Shown here: positions 26,123 through 34,151 of the stretch, in pieces | How positions within the stretch are numbered: the stretch's first letter is position 1 | How the letters are laid out: each line of letters starts with the position of its first letter | Assembly (NCBI GenBank): GCA_049999805.1 | Contig: JBNGIO010003129.1 | Span: 1 to 34,151 of the forward strand | Source of the DNA: Folioceros fuciformis | Lineage: Eukaryota | Reading direction: 5' to 3' | DNA length: 34,151 nucleotides | Program-made: the position numbers and the translations under genes | Notes under the pieces: model-generated | Told to the model about the DNA's origin: nothing | What the model saw: only the letters and a program-made list of their open reading frames with translations | The model's database searches: none

Positions 26123-28670
26123 GCTGCAAACAAAACGCAGCGCGGAAAGCCTCAACCGCAGGACCTGGGGACCCTCGGCCTCCGGTGAGCCTCTTGGCGA
26201 ACAACTCCCCTTCTGGCCTGGCTTCGACTGCGTTCCCAGACGGGCCCCACGTGTCCCGAATGCAAGACACCGAAGAGATTTGTCATACTGTGTATGGTTG
26301 TATCGCACATTCATCCGCCAAATTCTTTGAGTACCTAGCCACACGGGTAGCCTAGGGTGTAAGATATACACGTCCTGTTCCAATAATCGCAAGCATGGAG
26401 ACTTGATAAAACAGAAGAGACGGAAATCCTATCCACCCCGGCCCCCGCACGAAGGGGAACAACCCACTGAAGGGCAAGAGCCAGAGCGGGCCAGTCCCTC
26501 GCCCTCGGCCAAAGATCTCAATCAATAAAATAATATCTAAAAACGAAAATCTATCCATCACGAATGTAATGATCTTCGCAGCAAAGGCACTAGGCCATGC
26601 CGATGAAGAATATGGAAGGAGATGAAGACGGTCGAGACTTCTCGAGACCGGCACTCTGACTGTGATTTCCCTGGGCCTGCCAGCTCTTTCTGATTGCCAC
26701 AAAGAACTCACGAAATCATTTGTTTTGCCACCTTGGTGAACTCGACCATTGCCTCGTCCATCCCAACCCCGTATGCAAGGTTGAATTAGGGATTTGCCAC
26801 CATCTAGCAAACCAGCGAGATTGCAATTGTCCAGCAATCAGAACATGAAGTCCAGCAGGAATCTAAGCACGGATGTTCGAACCAGAAAAGCAAGGTCTTG
26901 CAAAAATGTGGAGGTACAGCTGCAGAGACCCATGCTGTGCTCACCAGGGCGATACACAGACTGGCTTCATCTGTTTGTCGGTGGTCGTCGCACATGCAAT
27001 CAGGCTCAAATCAAGGACGGGAAGAGGGAAACGTGTCGGTGCATCTAAGCATGGTCACAAAAAGTAACATACCCGTTACATTTTTTATGTAAACTGGCTG
27101 GCTAACGGACATGCAAAATGCGGACAACTCCGTTATGGTTGGACAAGCACAGGATACTTCCACCCCTGGGCGCCCTTGACTGTCGCACGGGCATTGTTCG
27201 ACAAGCCCTCCTTATTGGACTTCAATAAAATTTTCCTTATCAAAGATACGGTCGCCTGTAAATTTAAATATTGGCTATTGCACAAACCACACTAAGGATA
27301 CTTCCAAAACACTCATATTTTTGCATTTTTCCTCATATGCAAAGACGATGTGCGTCCTTCATTCAAGTGAAGCTGAATATAATGTTTTTGAATATTACTT
27401 TAAAAAGTTGAATCTCAATTTAGTTAAGTATATATGTAGATTTTTAAGCTTAATAATTTATTTATTCAATTCAAAAATATTATTATAATATTCTAAATTT
27501 TTAAAATTTTAATAGGTTTTAACATATGTCTGTATTTTATGTTGCACTATAACACCCTAAAGAGAATTCTTTTACTTTTACCTTAAATATTAAAAGATAT
27601 TTATTAAAAATTCATCAATATAATTGATATCTTGTTGTTGTGTACCAACTAGTGGATACAATGATAAAGCTTCACATAACTGGTACATGTGGACGAGATA
27701 TTGTGGCCATGTCAATCCTACGGTCGTTGTAGGCTTCCCTAAAATAGCTCCCTTCAAGTCTCGTTAGCTCTCTCCAACTACATCTATCATTCACCAATGC
27801 ACTCCCAATTACATACCTACCAATCCTCCAACACGTCCAATCAACATGAGGGTACGATTTCCTCATTTAGAAAGACCCTAGTAAGCTACCTACCGATTTC
27901 TACCTTCCTACACTCAATACCCCTTTCCCCACAAGGCTCCCTACAGCACCTTCCACAACGATCCAGCTGCTTATCTCCCTACATCTGACATTACTCCCAA
28001 TTATCAAACACCACAAAGTCCTTTGTAATCAACAACAGAAAGGGCACTCGCATCTCCACCATCCAATAAGATGTCATCTTCCAAGTGCTTTCTCAAGTCC
28101 CCACCCTTCCTCTAACATAAACCTCAAGCTCACTAATTCCATATCACCCTCACAACACAACTTCTTAGGTCTGTTCTAAACCAACAAGTTTTTCCTTCAG
28201 CCGATTGTTGTGTGTTTGCACTTGTTAGTGGGGATCTCTAGCGAGTCTTTCACTATAGTCTACCCTTAAGGCAACAATCATGTAGGTATCGTCATACACC
28301 CACAACAAAGCAACTCACACAATAACCATTCACAAGGGAACCAACTTGCAGGGGTGCCCCTAAAGAATATGAGCCCTCCACCAAGCACTTCAACCATTGC
28401 AACTCTTGCCACAACCAAGCGCTGTTATGGCACACAGCTGGCACCGAAATCCCTACTCTCAATTGAGGATGAGAACTCGCTATGACAAGAGTGCACAATG
28501 TGGTGGTTCATTTCTTTATGTAGCCCCTTCTTATAGGATAGCTCGACATATAAACCCTTCTCCACATGTAGAAGGTGGGCTTACCCTCCTCTCACACTAG
28601 CCGCCACAAACTTCAATACACATGCCTATCAAGATACTAAGGCCTACCAATAATCTACTAGGGCAATGGG

Positions 28671-29290
28671 TGTAGGGTTCTTAAAGCCCAATGTGCTTAG
28701 GCTAATGTGTTTAGTCTAAGATTAGTGTCTAGCTAATGTATCATTAGTTTAGATTAGCTTAAGCTAATCTGTAGGAAGCTTCTTGCGCAGCTTCCTGTGA
28801 GCTTCTTGCGCAGCTTCTTGTGAAGCTTCCTAGGGAGCTCTTCTAGAGGGTATAAATACCCCCTTGAGCTCCCTTGCCAACCACTCTCAATGTGACCTCT
28901 TTTTCTCCTCTCCTCACTGCCTCCTCTTCTCCTCTCCTCCACCATGCTCTCTAGTGGTTCTACAATGGGCACCACTAAAAGTTGGGGACCGTCGAGGCCG
29001 CGACAAGGGATTCTTAGGCCCCCCTCCAAAAGGGAGTGGCTAGGATTGTTCCAAAAGGGAGGCTGGGTTTCAGCTAGGTCCTCTTCCATTCTCTTGGATC
29101 CGTGAACTTCCACCAAACCTTGCTTTGTGGTCATCTCTTAGGTCGTTCCTTCATCGCCACCAACAGGGTCACCCTTGACGTCCGTAGAAAGGGGCTGGCT
29201 TGTCTTTTAACTCGAGGAACTCCTCCCTTCGGTGAAGGGTTTGTCTCCCTATGATCCTCCTCCCTACATAGGGTGAGGATGTCCCTTACA
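28671..29290 (+). repeat. LTR-like sequence (~620 bp)
   Basis: TGTAGGG…CCCTTACA termini, TATAAATA at ~28851, internal AGCTTCTTG repeats. No TSD found. Confidence 0.5.
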
Positions 29291-29771
29291 ATTCCCATCG
29301 TCGATATGTTTCCTACATTTGTAGACTCTCTACCACTTCCTTTTCATAGGTGGGGTCTCTATATAGAGGCCTTCCCCTATAAGTGCCTTCCCTACGTAGG
29401 TATGTTCGAGGCTGTTGGGATAAAACTGTACCATAGCTTATACTACAATTAATATACTTCAGTTAAGTGGTTAACCCAAGAGACACATTAACAATTTTGT
29501 ATTTAAGAACACCTTTCTTTTTATTAATCATTGCTTTTGTTTTACAAGCAGTGTTTATTAGCATGCTATCAGAGCACGAGCTCTATCGATCCATTTAGCC
29601 TGATTCTAGAATGCTGTTAGCATAGATAATTTATCTAATCACATAATACACAATCTCTCTCTGAGAAATGTGTGATTGTGTGGCTAGTAATTCATCTTTG
29701 CCTACACTCTAGATAGTGTTAGTATATTCTAAATTAAATGGGATTGTAAATGAGTCTGTGGATTCTACATC

Positions 29772-30342
29772 ATGACGTGGAGATGTGGGCGACGTCATGA
29801 TGAGCCCTTCTCACAATTTGTGAATAGGCAGCTCAAGAATCGTCCACAACAAGTTGAGCATCAAGGCGATCGGCGGTGTGCGCATTCTTAAGGCTAGCGT
29901 TGTCACTAGGCATCACCTCCTCTAGTGAGAAGATCCCACCAGCTCAACTTGGGGGAGCGAGCCCCATTTCCGCGCCCCCGCAACACCTGCAAAAGAATTC
30001 CCAATAGATTGCAACACACAGACTCAACATTAGATCTCGAAGGAAGGTTCAGTACCTGTGGCTCAATACCGGATCTCAAGCTGGAAGCTTTGCGCATGAG
30101 TTACCAGCGCTGAGAAGATCCTTCTCGCAGAAGTCTGCAGAGGACAATCTATGTTGCTACAGCAAGGAAAACGCCTACTTATGGTGCACGATTTGCTCCA
30201 GAGTGTTCAGAATTCACTCACCGCCCTCACCTTGAGATTGGAGCGTGCTGAAATTGGACCTAAGTCTGCACAAGCACCGCTGGTTGCCACCTACCTGCCG
30301 ACCTTGGTGCCTACACGCGAGGAGCCATCCATGACATCGTAG
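29772..30342 (+). pseudogene. ORF0 homologue (~190 codons; several stops and one frameshift near 30110)
   Basis: ATG at 29772 gives MTWRCGRRHDE…; central GRFSTCGSI; ends …PLVATYLPTLVPTREEPSMTS*. Confidence 0.7.
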
Positions 30343-30627
30343 TGTGGGCGATCAAATCTGTAGGGGCCTGCCTCAATTCGGGATCCCAGCTTCAATCTTG
30401 GAGGGGGATCGCGCGAGTAGGCGCAGCAAGCGCAGCGCCAACGGCACTCAGCCAGACCCCAATCAGCACCTTCGCCTAGGTTGATGTTGATGAGTCCTTT
30501 GACCTGTCGCAAAATCATGATCACTTGCAACGTTTCATGTTAGTTTGCACGTTTTCGTATCTAACCCTAAAAACAGCATTGTCGAAACGTCACGTACCTC
30601 TTTTAGATGTCGTTTCGTTTTCTCTCA

Positions 30628-32900
30628 TGTCGTATGACTTGGATTGGCTGTTTGGGGGCTCTGATAGTGACTTAGATGAAAATTTAGCCATAGACGTTTC
30701 CTTTCTTCAATCCCTGCAGTCTCAATTTCTTGCATTCAACCCTCCACCACATCAAGGGCTACCACCTCCTCTTAACATGGGTATCGTTGCTCAAGTCGAC
30801 ACATATTCTGGTGAATTCAAAGAAAAAGATCGGTTTGATGACAAACCTATTAACTACGAGAGCTGGAGAGCATAAATGCAAGCAAACCTGAATGTGAGGG
30901 ATGTTTGGGAGTACGTCGATGGCAGCATCGCCAATCCACACTTGGTCCCATCTACAGCTGCAAACCAACCAACAGCATATGAGAAGGCGAAATGGGACAA
31001 AGGGAACAAAGTAGCTTTTGCCATCTTGCTGTCTAGGCTAGATGTTACAACTGTCACTGAGGTTGAGTTCCTGGACATAGCACAAGAGGTCTGGACTCAG
31101 CTCAAGGACACGTACAAGGTACAAAATGTGTGTACCTTGATGAATCTGCGAAGTGATTTCCACTTGTTCAGGATATGGGAAGGAGACCCCGTGAGACCAG
31201 GAATTACCAAGTTGAGGCTTCTGCGAGCGCAATTGGCTGGGCTAGGTGCCAAGATCACAAAGGTCGAAATGGTTGCCCAGCTGTTTACTGCCTTGCCGTC
31301 ATCCTATCAAATGTTTATCTCTGGACAGAATTCGGCCTTCTCTACAGCGTATGCTACTGCTGCTGCGAATCAACCTTATAACCTGAACTTTAAACACTGT
31401 TGTGTTTAGGACTCTCCTGCAAGAGGAAGCCAGCAGACACAAACTAGGTCAGGGCTCTTGAGCAAGAGGTGAAAAGGTTCTTTTTGCGGCAAAAGGCAAG
31501 CCGTTTGTAAAGTGAAGGGGGAAAAAGAAGACTCACCAGTAGCCCAGCGCTTCTGGTGGCTCGAACTCATCTCTCTCCATCAAACGGCAGGGTATATGCG
31601 ATTGGTGCCAAATTGCTGGTCACTAAGAGAGGAACTACCGCAAGAAAAAGGCTAGAGAACCAAAGAAGGATCCTCGACCTGAAGCACATGTTGCTGCCAA
31701 GGACAAGGGAACTTCTCCACACAAAAGAAGCTCGATTGTCCTAACAGTAATAGTCTGTTTGTCGTCGTCTGTTGATCCGTCAGACTCTTGGTATATAGAT
31801 TTTTGTGCTATGTCTCACGTCTATAAGAAAAAAAATCTATTTTCCACAATCACAACAAAAGTCCTAGCATAGTCACTTTATGTGGGGGACTCTAGATGCA
31901 TAGACGTACGTGGAATGGGTACTATTACCCTTACCTTGGCTGATGGGTTTGAAATCCTGCTCGATGATGTCCTCTATGTTCCTGCCATGTCGAACAATTT
32001 GCTGTCAGTTAGAGCAGCCACTCAATTTGGAAAGTATGGTTTCTCCTTTGAGCAGGGCAATTGTTGCTTGTACGACCTATCCAGACCTAGAAAGTGTGTT
32101 GCTAGAGGTCAGTTGGTAAATGAGCTATATCAGTTAAACCTGTCCACTGACGCAGAAGCTTATGTTACCTCAACCACCTCTGAAGCAAGTCTTTGGCATG
32201 CTAGGCTTGATCATATGAATAGGGAAAAGTTGAACTTTACGTCTTCACTAGACTATTACAGGGAGAAATTGCCCTCCTGTTTCAAGCAACTGCCTGCCTG
32301 CCAATCCTGTGTCCTCTCAAAGCAGAAGGAGCTTCCCTTCAAAAACAAGCAGGCACAGAAGGCTCAGGCAGTGCTGGAACTCATACATGCTGACATTGCT
32401 GGCAAGCTGCAAGTTAAGTCACTGGGTGGAGCAGAGTATTATTTCACCTTAACGGACGATTACTCTTGCTACACTTGGGTGTTCCCACTTCGCCTCAAGA
32501 GTGATGCTTTCAAGTGTATAGAAACATGGATTTTTATGGTACAAAGACAAACTCGCAGTCTAGTGAAGTGCTTTTGCACCGAAAACAGTGGAGAGTTCGT
32601 TGGTCTCCAATATGATGTGCTATTTGCAGCTCATGGGGATCATTCTCTAGCTTGCCATTCCTTATACTCAACAGCAAAACAGAGTAGCTGAACATAAGAA
32701 CAAGACCCTGATGGGTATGACAAGGAGCATGCTTGGATGGGTGGGTTTGCCCAAACAACTACTAGGCAGAAGCCCTTACAACTGCAGCCTACATACTTAA
32801 CAGAGTTCCGACAACTTCAGTACCTGGCAAAACTCCTTATGAGACGTACTGGAAGAAGAATCCCAGCTTGCTGCATCTGCGGGTGTTTGGCTCCACAGCA
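30628..32900 (+). pseudogene. Copia gag-protease-integrase, degenerate
   Basis: NYESWRA*MQANL…VWEYVDG, AQEVWTQLK, LPSSY, knuckle CDWCQIAGH, WYID protease remnant, DVLYVP..NLLSV, LWHARLDH…CQSC, LELIHADI, DDYSCYTWV, VFGSTA. Confidence 0.92.
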
Positions 32901-34151
32901 TTTAGAAAATACACTCATACTGGAGAATTGTGGAGGCAAAACCCCGGGCACTAATTGCCGATGGGTTCCACCTTTAGTGGCCACACTTATCCCACTATCG
33001 TTGAGACATTGGGTTCCGTTCCCACGAATGAGCGATGGGGTTCCTCGCTGCTGTGGAAGGAGGGTCGGACTCAATCGACTCAGTGATGGATTCGAGGGCT
33101 CATCTCCAGCTCCAATCAGGCGTAGGACAGGCCTCACTGTCCAGCGGTCAGCTGCACCTCTCTCGGTGCCCACAAACTCACTTTAGTTACTACAACGACC
33201 CTAACCTCTCGGATCTGCGACTTCCCTCACTCACTTTACTCGCTCTCTCACTCCAGCACCAACACCAGGAACTAACAACGACACCACTACCTTCTACACT
33301 TCCCTATTGACTCCTCCTACTCGGCAAGAGCCACTAGACTAACCCCCAAGAAAAGAAAGAAGGGAACACACTCCCCTCTTGGATATCTCCTCTCCACAAC
33401 CTTACCAGACGCCATGAAACATGGCCGGCCTACAGTACTTGTACAAACAAGGAACAAGAGTGGATAGGTCGAGAGATAGACACATCCTTTACAATCAAGA
33501 GCTAGGGGCAAGCCCCTTCACCCTGGTCATTACACCTTGTGATCCTACCAGACACTGTACAACCGGCAACATGCGGCTTGCGATCCTACCGGACATTGCA
33601 CAGCCGGCAACACACTGCAAGTCCTAAACCAAGTAGGGACAGACCACAAGAGCTCATGTAGAGAGTACCTCCAAGAGCTCACGAAGTGACAGACTGACTT
33701 CCAAAGTGAATGACTACCTCCTTCTATAGGCTCACCTGATCTTATAGGAGCCTCTCTCTAACTTGACAAATATTATTTTAATAGGACCACTAGCCTAGTC
33801 GGTTGTCACTAGCCACTTATTTAGACTTCTAGCAGATCCTGCCACCAATGAGCTGGCCCTACCACCACAAGGATCTACCACCTCTTAGACTATCCTGAGA
33901 CTTTAGAGGATGTCTGATCTTCAAAGATCTACGGACGCCGCCTCTTCCTTGCTGGATGGCCGCCCGCTAAGTCTTCCACTGTGGTTGAGCCAACTTCCAG
34001 GGGAGGAGTATGAGTAGTGGGAAAGATAGAGAGGAGGTAAGAAGTAATGGGATCAGCAGCCGGAACCTGGGCTGAAAACGGTACTTATTCAGCGGAATCA
34101 ACTTCCAACCGAAATGGTTCCTCGGCCATGAAACACTAACCCTGGGGTGCT
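32901..34151. mobile_element. Unrelated repeat, probably an LTR, inserted into or truncating the Copia integrase
   Basis: Abrupt loss of the Copia frame after VFGSTA. No recognisable ORF follows; composition is LTR-like; the right end is not in the window. Confidence 0.4.

Larger units (their letters stand above)
29413..32900 (+). mobile_element. Ty1/Copia retrotransposon 5' half (LTR-PBS-ORF0-gag-PR-IN), related to the 5605-9760 element, interrupted at ~32900
   Basis: LTR 29413-29563 (TGTTGGG…TAGCA), PBS TGCTATCAGAGC at 29564-29575 (1 mismatch), Copia domain order. Confidence 0.9.

Noticed and set aside
26352-27092. ORFs upstream of PIMT (e.g. 161 aa at 26352-26837)
   Set aside because: No recognisable motifs or coherent exon chain; treated as promoter/intergenic.
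27670-28660. C-rich strand-biased tract as a LINE or gene remnant
   Set aside because: The frames I translated gave stops and no recognisable domain; probably decayed repeat, but I cannot support a call.
29408-29412. Flank GAGGC resembles the GAGGT TSD of the related element (target preference)
   Set aside because: Two sites only, opposite element orientations, and the second TSD copy is not visible.

Overview
Eukaryotic land-plant genomic DNA (short GT-AG introns; a seed-free plant is my guess, not established). A compact island of six host genes (12.5-26.3 kb) is flanked by nested transposons. The genes are a small coiled-coil protein split into 7 short exons, a pectate lyase-like protein, an intronless PITH-domain protein, a RabA4-type GTPase, SMC5 and PIMT. 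Left flank: the 5' end of an LTR element inserted in a Gypsy-like gag, a solo LTR, and a complete PIF/Harbinger element (TIRs, TTA TSD). The Harbinger carries a 4.2-kb Copia element with near-identical LTRs, which itself holds a solo LTR. Right flank: a related Copia element cut off by another repeat. The most interesting signal is two accessory genes in this short-LTR Copia lineage. (i) A ~190-codon 'ORF0' lies between PBS and gag in both copies, with protein-level conserved termini (MT.R.GRR.D ... PL.A.YL.TLVPTRE, mostly synonymous differences). (ii) An open antisense ORF with a canonical-looking intron lies between RNase H and the PPT of the left copy. All calls were made by eye; no database search was run.
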